Notes under the pieces: model-generated
Seen by the model: the letters and a program-made list of their open reading frames with translations, nothing else
What the model was told of the DNA's origin: nothing
Database searches by the model: none
Assembly: GCA_008632985.1 (NCBI GenBank)
Contig: QPGO01000227.1
Span: 62,001-106,536, forward strand
Length of the DNA stretch: 44,536 bases
Source: Psammoneis japonica
Taxonomy: Eukaryota
Direction of reading: 5' to 3'
Part shown: positions 12,836 through 23,261 of the stretch, one piece after another
How positions within the stretch are numbered: position 1 is the stretch's first letter
How the letters are laid out: each line of letters starts with the position of its first letter
Made by a program: the position numbers and the translations under genes

Positions 12836-13953
12836 ACCCGTTTCTCATGGCCGCGATGTTCTGCTCTCCAATCCACGGCTGCTGGCCCCTGTCTGACAAC
12901 TCTGGCTGATCTCTCTGCTGCCACAAATGGGCAAAGCAACCCACCACAACTCAGGTTCAACATTTGCACTTTTGAGATCAATCTGGAGCAGAAAAAGCAA
13001 GACAGAAGCTCAATTCATTGAATCTTGTCATCAAATGGGGTGGTGGCAACAGCGCCATTTTTTGTCAACATTGTTTGACAGGCTCTTCTGATCATTCACC
13101 AAGAATTTTGCAACCAAACTTCCTTGTGTGTTTTCACTCCAGCTCAACTCTCTCCAAACCAACAACATGAAAGTGGAGCCATTGCAGTCACTTCATCATG
13201 TCCTCGAAAGATCCCTTGGACCCAAGCCATTGCTCTGCATGCACAGCAAAATCTGGGGCCGGTGTTCTTTGCTTTCTTGAAGACAGTGACCACAACAGCT
13301 CTGTCTCTGTCTTGCACTCAGTTGACAGAAAACCAAGCTTCTGCACTGGCAAAGCATTGCACCACCACAAATTGATTGTTTGTTGACTGATCTTTGCATC
13401 TCCGTCAGCTTTGACTCAGTGGTGTGCCGAAAATGCAGCGAATGGGTGGTGCACGAAGAACCAGCATGCGAGACAGTGTTGCAAACAACCAAATTGGTGT
13501 GTTCATCAACAACTTGCCACAAAATCAAAATCATGGAGATTGCAGTTGTGCACCTGTCAAACAGATGCCAATTGACAACATGTCAAACAGTGTGCGCTCT
13601 CGCAAAAAACAAAGGTCCAGCAGTTTCAAGTTTCGCAACATTGCAATGACCGCCATCATCGTCAAAAGTTTTGATCAAATTTCTCACAACAGCGCCATGG
13701 CGATGGTCTGCACGCTCATCAGGAGTGAGTGTGCAATGCCAGTTTGGATTTGCTTGGGACCCACAGCAGCTGCAAAGACACATTGTGGCCAAACAAACCA
13801 GACACACAACACACCAGTCAAAGTTGTCGCTCACAAGCCAATCCAGGTGTTTTTGTTGAGTTCCAACTCCAGCTGTCATGCACAATCAACAAGAAGCAGT
13901 TCCCAATGTGCGCCCCCCCCAGATTGACCACAGTGGAGGTGCTGGTGTCACAC

Positions 13954-14385
13954 TGCAGTGTGCCTCGCTGCTGGACAACACGGCGAGACCGTGCACAAGC
14001 CTCTTGCACGTGGCAACGTGGTGTTGTTAACACGCACCTGGGAAGCACGACCACAGGAGGGTGTGGCTCCAGGTCTCAGGCAATTCCAGAAGGATGCCAA
14101 GAGAGCATCCGTGTGAAGCACACCAGCCCGTCGTCTGGCCCACGATGGCAGCGTGATTCCACACGATGACATCACTCGTGCATGGCGCGTGATGGCTTGA
14201 TTCACACAATCAACAATGCGAATGCACGATCGATTTGATGCGATCCAAATGCGAACGAATGGGGATTTGGCAAGATTCCCCATTCGCACGATCCCATTTT
14301 CTCTGCTCCAAACTAGCTCACAATTTTCACAACGACAAAGTCGCAACACATCTTCTTTTTCAGCGCCTGGTGCACACATGGGGCA
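13954..14385 (+). repeat. 5' LTR of the Gypsy element
   Basis: Direct repeat of 20447-20878, same length. Confidence 0.9.
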
Positions 14386-17092
14386 CAGCAATGTCACTCC
14401 CGCATGTTGTGCGAGGCAACGAAATCCACAGAAACGAAACTACGAAATGTTGGCAGGACCGACAAATCTTAAAACGACCATGAAGAAGCGGATTAAGCCG
14501 CCGACTCCGTTCGCACGACCGGAGAAGAAAAAGCTGCAGCAGGGCGAGTGCCAGACGTTCAAGCTGCATGACAACCCCGCTGATCCGGATGGTCCAACGC
14601 ATGAGATGGGCATTCCGCACCTTTCTGCGGCTACATGCGAGACACTCCCAATCTTTCCACGCAACGTGGATTGCGTGCACGAAGGACAAAACATCACGAC
14701 CGGGCCAGCGAAATTTGCCCTCATGCGTGACCCACTGCAGGGCGATGCTCTGACGTCATCCAACAATGCCGCTGACGAGCAGGCACCCCAAACCAATGCT
14801 GCGTGCGCAGCATGCATCGCGAAGCTAAAGGAAAGCATCTTCCCACATGGGGTGGCACTGTTGCAGAAGCGTCATCTGAGGCGCTTCATGCGCAAGCCTG
14901 CAGAGGTTTCTGCTCGTGACTGCGTCGCGAGGGCTGTTGAAGTTAACGACTGTGTCTCTCAGTTTCCACCCGTGACGGAGGATGGAGAAGCACCGGCACC
15001 ATCACCCAATGACAAACTGTGCCATGTGTTCGAGTGCGGTGTGCCGAACACATGGCAGAAGTTCATGACGCTACAGAATTTTGACCCGTTGGCGCATGCC
15101 ATCGCCGAATTCACACAGTTCTGCGAGCGCACCGAGCAGGTCGAGCTTGCCGAAGGTGACAGCGACCAACACACTAGGGTTCCACGTAAGCGAGGACGTA
15201 GAACGGACAATTCTGAGTCGTTGATCACGACCCAACCGAACACCCACATGAAGCGTGTCAAGACTGGACATTCCAGCAACGGAGGCAGCAAGCCCAATGC
15301 AAAACATCGGAATGAGGAAGACGCTGATGCTCTCATCGGATCGAAGGTCAAGGAATTCTTTGCCAATGCTCAGAAAAAGCGCAAGGCACACAAGGAGGAG
15401 CTCAATCACTTCCGTGACCTCAACTCAAGTGATTCCGAAGACTCGGGCACTTGCCGACACGATGCAGGCAGTTTTGACACATTGGGTGAATGCACAAATG
15501 AACAACTGAATCACCATCGTACACGTGTTGTAGGCCAATCCCGCAAACGAGTTAAAAAGACTCATCTTGCTCCAATCTTGCCCACAGCTGTGAATGCCAA
15601 ACATGGCAAGGGCAAGACTCAAACCATTAAGGCACCACTAGATAGTGGCGCCAGCAGCACACTACTCGACAGTCGATACTGTAAACGTCTGCGAAGCCAT
15701 TCAACGGCTGAGACAAACTGGACTACGGTAGCAGGCTCGTTCAGTACGTCTAACGACTGTACCGTTAAATTTTGGTTACCAGAATTATCCGAAACTGCAG
15801 AACTTAAACATACCGTCCACGTACACAACGGAAAGTTGGGCAAGTACGATATGATTATTGGACGTGACATTCTGGAGACACAAGGCATTGATATTGTCTT
15901 CTCTAAACACATGATAGAGTGGCCATTAGTCAATGGAGAAGTACCGATGAGGCACGTAGATGCTACGGTAGAAACCTCCTTCTATCTTCAAGATCCAGAA
16001 GCCTTATCTTCGGAAACCGACCGGATTTCGCGTATTTTAGACGCTAAGTACGCGCCGGCCTTCCTCAAGGACATAACGCGAGGGGCAATAGAACTTTCTT
16101 TAGTTCATTAAAATGACCTTTTGGCACTATTGAAACGCCATGAGTCTCTATTTGATGGGACATTAGGACAATGGAAGGGAGAACCCTACCATATCCAACT
16201 CAAGGAGGGTGTAGAACCATACCACGCTCGTCCGTATAAAGTACCTCGTGCGTACGAAGCTACGCTACGTAAAGAAGTAGAGCGCCTAGTACGTATCGGT
16301 GTTCTCAAACGCGTTAACCGATCCCAATGGGCAGCTCCATCATTTATCATACAGAAGAAAGATTTAACGGTACGCTTTATTAATGATTTGAGAGAGCTAA
16401 ATAAACGGATTAAGCGATTGCCTTATCCGATTCCTCATATCCAAGACATGCTACTTAAGCTCGAAGGCTTTATGTGGGCTACATCACTGGATTTAAATAT
16501 GGGCTATTATCACATCCGATTGGATACTGATAGTAAGAAGCTCTGCACGCTCATCTTCCCGTGGGGCAAGTATGAGATGCAGGTGTTGCCCATGGGATTA
16601 TGTAATTCGCCAGACATTTTCCAAGAACGCATGTCAGGCTCATTTGAAGATCTATCGTTCGTTCGAACGTACTTAGATGACCTTCTCGTCGTGACGAAAG
16701 GCACCCATGAAGATCACCTCAACAAACTTGAAGAAGTTTTGTTGAGAGTCCAGAAAGCAGGACTAAAAGTCAACGCAACTAAATCTCACTTCTGTCAAAC
16801 CCAATTAGAATGCTTGGGTTATCTGGTCAACAGAGACGGAGTGCGACCAACACCCAATAAAGTCGACGCCATCAAGCGAATCGCGACCCCAACCAACAAA
16901 CGCGACCTCCGTTCATTTGTTGGCATGGCGAACTGCTGCTGCGACACGTGGATTAGACGTTCTGAAGTCTTGGCTCCGCAAGCGAGACTGTCAAGTGGGA
17001 GTGGACGTCCGTTGAAGACGAGGCGTTCGAAACCATCAAACGGGTGATGTCGGATGATGTTTTGTTGTCACATCCTGATTTTGATGAACCCT

Positions 17093-17482
17093 GACGCGTT
17101 CCAGCCCTGGGTGGGACTCCGTGTGACATTGGGCCCGTAGAATTCTACGTGCGAGCTCCGCAGTGCGAGAATTTAATCAATGGATGTGTTTGTCTTCAAC
17201 ATCAAATAAACGGCCAAGTTTGTGGTGCAATTGTGCCTCTTGCCACTCGACGTTTTTGCAACTTCGCCTGCCCCACGCGATTCTTAAGATGTTGTAGAAT
17301 CGCACAGCAACAAAAAATGTCAAAAGTTGTTGGACGGATCGCTCAACAAGTGTGCCGTAAAATGACACAAAATGTTGAAAAAATCACGTAGAAATCTACG
17401 TGCGCGACATGCGACGAGACTCAAAAAACTGTCGATGTCACAGTTCAGCAGTGCGAGGTCCCACCCAGACCTGGAACGCGTC
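17093..17482. mobile_element. MITE (390 bp, TSD CCCT) inserted at the start of the Gypsy RNase H domain
   Basis: Termini gacgcgttccag / ctggaacgcgtc; CCCT at 17089-17092 and 17483-17486; removal restores PDFDEPFETHADAS. Confidence 0.92.
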
Positions 17483-19030
17483 CCCTTTGAGACACATGCC
17501 GATGCCTCTAAATGTCAATTGGGAGCAGTTGTGTCCCAAGATGACAAACCCATCGCCTTTTGCAGCAGAAAGCTTGACAGTGCGCAATTAAATTGTGCAA
17601 CAACAGAGAGAGAATTGCCCACCATTGTGGAGATGTTGAAAGAATTTCGAACGATTCTCCTTGGTCATCGCACAATTGCACATGCTGATCATAAAAATCT
17701 CACATGCAAAGCATTCAATGCCAAGCGCGTTGTGTGCTGGCGGTTGACATGCGAAGAATGCGGTCCCGAATTACGCTGTGTCAAGGGTGCCCACAACCTG
17801 GTCGCTGACGCTCTCAGTCGCCTTCGACTGGCACCCAGCTTGCCTTCCGAGGCCAATCCGGATGTAAAAGACACTCCATCGAGTCATCCTTTGCATGAAG
17901 CCTTTAATGCAGACGCGCAAGATGAGCCATCTCTGCCTGTTGGCTTCAAGCGCATTCAAAAAGCACAACAAAAGGACAAGTGCCCACTCTCACGAGCTGA
18001 GGACTCGTCCGACCACTCCATTCGCGCGTGTCGTGGGGGAGGGTCATCACGACAGTCAATCTGTCATAAGGACAAAATCGCAGCACCACAGTCATTGCAG
18101 GTTCTGCCAACTGAATGGCACCACGAGACACTGTGTCATCCAGGTGAGACACGTGCGGAAACATCCATTGCCCAGCACTTCTGTTGGCCTGGTGTGAGGT
18201 CTGCGGTGCATTCTACGAGTGTCAAGTGCGAGCGATGCCAGAAGACAAAACGCCGAACACAGCGTTGTGGGAAGCTGCCAGAAAAGGTCGCAGAGACAAC
18301 TCCATGGGAGACTCTGTGCACAGACATGATGGGGCCACATAAAATTCAAAGACGCGGAAAGGACACTTTGCAATTGTGGGCAGTCACAATGATTGACCCA
18401 GCAACCGGGTGGTTCGAGATTGAAGAAGTGTCTGCGAAACGTGCAGACGTCGCAGCAAACGTTGTAGAACAAACGTGGCCATGCAGACATCCGTGGCCAA
18501 CCCAGGTGGTTTGTGACCGTGGGACAGAATTTGTGGCAGAATTTTGCCAGATGATTAAAAATGACTGTGGGATTTTGAAGAAACCCACAAGCAAACGGAG
18601 TCCACAGGCGAATGCCACAGTGGAACGTGTGCGCCAGACACTTGGTAACATGGTGCGCTCCTTTTCAGTGCAGGACATGGAACTGGACAAAGATGACCCA
18701 TGGAGTGGCATCCTCTCCGCAGTGGCCTTCGCCATCAGAGCTGCGGCACATGCGACCACGCGTGCAAGTCCCACGCAATTGGTCTTCGGACGCAATGCGG
18801 TTTCATCTGTTGCCCATCGTGCCAAGTGGAAGCACACAGAAACCAGAAAGCAGAAGCTTGTCCACTTAAACAACAAACATGAAAATCAGAAACGCAAGGA
18901 GCATCAACACACCGCAGGGCAATTGGTGCTTGTCAAACAGGAACAATCCTCTAAATGCAGTTCTGACAGCTGTGCAGGACCCGCCAGAGTTGTCCGTGTG
19001 TGTGACAACGGCACGTTGCACACCCAGAAC

Positions 19031-20349
19031 GATGTGTTTTCATCCCAGGTGAGAAACGCGCATGCGGAGGTGAGACGTTTCATCTGTCCCTTTTCCGTCG
19101 CCGTGCTTTTTGTGCGAGCAAATCTGACTGGACTTTCCCCCGATTTTTCGTTTCTTCTTTCCACAGACATGTTTGTTTTGAAAAGCCAGCCGTTGTTCTC
19201 ATTGGTTGAAGGGTGCATGCAAGAAAAGCGCTGTCTCGAAAGCGGCATTTTTTGGAGTGAAGCTGACAGCCATCTGCTCGTTGTTGTCATTCTGGTGCAT
19301 TTGAGAGACTGTTCCACTGTTTCTTTCACCGAATCTGACTGCTTTGAAAGAATGTGCGCATTGTTCATTGCATGAAGAGCTCATGCCAAAAAAGAACGGC
19401 GTTCTAACTCTGTCATTTGCACAAGAAAAATTGGGGGGACTGACTTCGCACGTGATTTTTTTGCGCGATCGGCCATTTCAAAGATCGACTGATTTGTCGA
19501 CCTGTGTGGGATGCTTGAGTGAATAAAACAATGGGATTGAAATGGCAGCGTCAAAGTTCAATGTGTGTCCAGTTGTCATGTGATTTGACATGCCCAAGCA
19601 GAGTTAAAGATGAAACATTGACAAAATTTCACCGCTCAAAATGACCAGTTCTGTCTTAGAATAAAACAAAATGGCTGCAACACTGAGATGTTGCCAATGG
19701 CATTGTTCTGCTTTACAACAATGAAACCATCACACTTGCATCTGAGATTCTTTATCCTCACACACCCTCAAAACCGAACACACAACGATTCTCTTGTCGG
19801 CAGCGAAATCTGATGTTGTCGCGCGACCCAAAAGCGTCGTCCATGACGACTCAAAGTGCGGACGATGCATTGCAAGAATCACAGCAACGTGTCATAGAAA
19901 CATTCTTCGTTGTCAGCATCCGGTGTCAAGCAGATGGAGCAGCGCGTTGATGAGAATCCCACTTCGCAAGCTGAGGAAGAGAGAAAGAGGCATCAAAAAT
20001 GTCATGAGTCAAAAGGCCATCCATGAGGCACAACAAAAAACAAAGATCAAATTTTCAACCACATCATCGCACTGAGCGTTGTCTTGTTGACCTGTCTCAG
20101 CATTCTCACCTTCTCAGTCACAACATCCGTTGGTGCAAGAATGGACGAGTTCATGGCGACGGCATGGTGCCATTTTCGGTTTGCGCGAATTGTGGCCCGT
20201 GGTTCGAGACATGGAAAAATATATTTTTGCTGTCATGGAGCTCGTTTTTTACTAAGATTTTTTTGGCACTAAATGTACGTCTCATGTAGAAACACGTAGA
20301 AAACCTTGTGATGTGTCCAAAAGTTTCTCACCTGGGATGAAAACACATC
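19031..20349. mobile_element. Non-autonomous TIR element (27-bp TIR gatgtgttttcatcccaggtgagaaac, TSD GAAC) inserted in the integrase C-terminus
   Basis: Perfect TIRs; GAAC at 19027-19030 and 20350-20353; removal restores 'GTLHTQNGALTDAHNLRQIAPC'. Confidence 0.92.
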
Positions 20350-20446
20350 GAACGGAGCGCTGACAGATGCGCACAATCTACGGCAGATTGCACCCTGTCA
20401 CCAGTGAGACATTCTGTCACTTGGCGGCCCTGATCATGGGGGAGTG

Positions 20447-20878
20447 TGCAGCATGCCTCGCTGCTGGACAACACGGCGAGACCGTGCACAAGCCTCTTGC
20501 ACGTGGCAATGTGGTGTTGTCAACACGCACCTGGGAAGCACGACCACAGGAGGGCGTGGCTCCAGGTCTTGGGCAATTCCAGAAGGATGCCAAGAGAGCA
20601 TCCGTGTGAAGCACACTGGCCCGTGGTCTGGCCCACGATGGCAGCGTGATTCCACACGATGACATCACTCGTGCATGGCGCGTGATGGCTTGATTCGCAC
20701 GATCAATGATGCGAGCGCACGATCGATTTGACACGATCCAAGTGCGAACGAACAGGGATTTGGCAAGATTCCCCATTCTCACGATCCCATTTTCTCTGCT
20801 CTAAACTAGCTCATAATTTTGACAACGACAAAGTCGTAACACATCTTCTTTTTCAGCGCCTGGCACACACATGGGGCA
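20447..20878 (+). repeat. 3' LTR of the Gypsy element
   Basis: Direct repeat of 13954-14385, preceded by a polypurine tract. Confidence 0.9.
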
Positions 20879-21627
20879 ACACACCAAGGCTGATCCCCCG
20901 CAGGAGCAACCACCCCCACACACTGCTGCTCAATGATCCGTGTCACTGACAGAGCAGCAACAACACAAATGATGGAAAATCAATGCCTTGCTCTAGAACA
21001 TGAGTTGAAACAAGCAAATGTGGGTGAGACAAGGGCAGGCAACAAGACCCCCCCCCCAAAACACACCAAAACACAACGACGGTGCTGTCACACGTGCAGC
21101 CGCAACTCAAAGCACACACTTGTGCAATTTTCTCACCATCACAATGCCACAAGTCACACTTGTGAGTCGAAACAAGCATTGCAGAGACAAAAGCAATTTT
21201 CACCGTTGACAATCTTTGAATTTGTAAGCTCGTTGCAAAAGCACCCGACCGGACAACGATTGATTTTGGGCGGATGGGCTGAAAATCAAGTCCATCCACA
21301 TTTGAAAGTCCCATGACCCATTGTTCACAAGAATGTTCAAAATGAAACATAATTCAAGAATGCATAATTTATACGCAAACATCGAATATGAATAACCGCC
21401 ACCCACTTTACAAGACTAATTTGTCCTCCGAAACTGTTGCTGGCTCAACGGGCAAATTCAAAATTACGTAGAAACGAACGACGAATCTGCGGTATGTCGT
21501 TTCACCGAAAAATATAGATTTTCAAATGTGAAAATCAACACGAATGAGCCATCACAATTTGTCTCACAACTCGCGTCTCACAATCCTCACTTTTGATCAC
21601 CCCAGCACCATCAAACCATACATCACC

Positions 21628-22236
21628 ATGAAAGCTTCGCTTGCCTTCCTTCTTCCTCTTGCCAACGTCCCCGTTGTCGACTCGCTCACATTGAGGAAGC
21701 ATCCCGTGAACGGCGCACGCATTCTTGACGAGTACAGCTCCTTGGCAAAAGAGACGCAAACGCATGTGGATCCAGACCTTCTGGGCCTAATCCAACAAGA
21801 CCCCGCCTTTGAAATGGTAGCTGCCGATCATGAGTCAACCAGAGAACCAAAAGCCTCCAGGTCGCCGAACGTCGATGCCGATTCTCGGTCCTCCAAGTCG
21901 CCGGTATCAGCAAAACAAGAAAACGTTTCAACCAAGTCAAGCACCAAGTCGCCGAAATCCTCCAGCTCCACCAAGTCGCCGAAATCTTCCAGCTCCACCA
22001 AGTCACCGAAATCAACCAAATCATCGAAATCATCCAGTTCCACCAAATCACCGAAATCATCTAGCTCTACCAAATCACCGAAATCATCTAGCTCTACCAA
22101 GTCGCCGAGTTCAGCCAGCTCTACCAAGTCGCCGAGTTCAGCCAGTTCTACCAAGTCGCCGAGTTCATCTAAATCATCCAGTTCTGCCAAAGCACCGACA
22201 TCCTCACCCACTGGGCTATCGACTATAGAGCCCTAG
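21628..22236 (+). CDS. Silaffin-like secreted Ser/Lys-rich protein, copy 2
   Basis: Paralog of 7222-7899 with the same signal-like start, GARIL motif and STKSPKSSS repeats. Confidence 0.7.
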   Translation: MKASLAFLLPLANVPVVDSLTLRKHPVNGARILDEYSSLAKETQTHVDPDLLGLIQQDPAFEMVAADHESTREPKASRSPNVDADSRSSKSPVSAKQENVSTKSSTKSPKSSSSTKSPKSSSSTKSPKSTKSSKSSSSTKSPKSSSSTKSPKSSSSTKSPSSASSTKSPSSASSTKSPSSSKSSSSAKAPTSSPTGLSTIEP

Positions 22237-22484
22237 TAGTAGTAACTCAGAGAGACACCGTGAGTAACTGTATAAGAACGCTTTAAAGTTTACGATATTT
22301 TGCAGCTACAGTACTCTTTGTTTCGACACATACTATTATAGCTACTCTTGGATAAGACCAATGCACTTGATGGTGCACAAGAGCACTCTAGTGACTGTGC
22401 GACAGCATCATAAGTTATTTAGGGCCCTACGTACAGTAGTTGTCGCCGGATGGACAAATGTGTCACTCGAATAGCCTAATTTGT

Positions 22485-22655
22485 GCCAGTTCCACCAAAT
22501 CACCGAAATCATCCAAGTCTTCGAAATCATCCAGTTCCACCAAGTCGTCGAAATCATCTAGAGTTCTACCAAATCGCCAGAGTTCAGCCAGTTCTAGTAC
22601 CAAATCGCCGAGTTTATCCCCCACCGAGGTACCGATTTCAGCCCCTACCATTTAA
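22485..22655 (+). pseudogene. 5'-truncated third silaffin-like fragment
   Basis: SSTKSPKSSKSSK repeats with no N-terminus, followed by a third copy of the shared 3' block (~22746-22830). Confidence 0.7.
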
Positions 22656-22861
22656 GTAGCACCGTAGAGCGACTGACAAGGCAGTTAAGCCCCTGGATGA
22701 TGGGTATAGCATATATTGAAAACACGTATTCCATGTAAATCACAGGGAGACACCGTGAGCAACTGTATAAGAACGCTTTATAGTTTACGATATGACAGCT
22801 ACTCTTAAATTAGACCCATGCCCTTGATGGTACCGGTACCTACTCTCTAGAGACCACTTTA

Positions 22862-23060
22862 TCCGATTTGAGCAGCGGCGAACGACATCTTTTGAGCATT
22901 TGCGACCAAGAGACGTTTCAAATTTACTAAAAGACGCTCCGCGGTTTCCGGCCTCAAATAGCCAACGCTCGTAGCTTCGGGTCCAATGCTGGTCTTGAAC
23001 ATGAACGGAAAGGACGGCGAGAAAGGTTTGCCGGATTGGGTCTTACAGCCATATGGTAGG
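22862..23060 (-). pseudogene. Isolated internal fragment of eukaryotic glycyl-tRNA synthetase
   Basis: 'PFMFKTSIGPEATSVGYLRPETA...FAAAQIG' resembles the GlyRS motif FNLMFKTxIGP...YLRPETAQG...PFAAAQIG; no flanking domains. Confidence 0.8.
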
Positions 23061-23261
23061 ATCAAGCTCCGCAGGACTAGCCGCATCTGCCTGTCATTGA
23101 ATGCGGAGATGCGCCTCTTTTTCTCCACTTGATATTTTAGGGTTCTTTTCAAGAAAGGCATCAATTGCATCTTCTACACTCAAACAAATGACTATGATTC
23201 AAAGAAAAAAAGCTGCAACTTCGTCCACGATTGTGCACAAATCAACAACACCCCGACTGTA

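Larger units (their letters stand above)
14480..20407 (+). pseudogene. Gypsy gag-pol, disrupted
   Basis: Protease 'LDSGAS' (~15638); in-frame TAA 16109-16111; RT 'LPMGLCNSP' and YLDD (16670-16681); frameshift ~16993; RNase H 'ADASKCQLGAV...AFCSRKL'; integrase HHCC region, 'DRGTEF', 'PQANATVER'; C-terminus resumes after 20353 to TGA 20405-20407. Confidence 0.9.
13954..20878 (+). mobile_element. Full-length degenerate Ty3/Gypsy LTR retrotransposon with two nested insertions
   Basis: 432-bp LTRs (TG...CA), ACAC TSD at 13950-13953 and 20879-20882, purine tract 'gggggag' before the 3' LTR, gag-PR-RT-RH-IN order. Confidence 0.93.

Noticed and set aside
8059..13950. Dozens of short Cys/His-rich ORFs
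   Set aside because: Explained by loss of TAA/TAG stops in TpA-depleted DNA; no convincing domain
17372..19375. 667-aa ORF as an intact gene
   Set aside because: Chimera: starts inside a MITE, runs through mutated RH/IN and ends inside another inserted element
1..21300. Alternative genetic code or CpG decay alone as the cause of Tyr loss
   Set aside because: Adjacent host genes and the RT core use Tyr normally; paired repeats show TA as the ancestral state, which CpG deamination cannot remove
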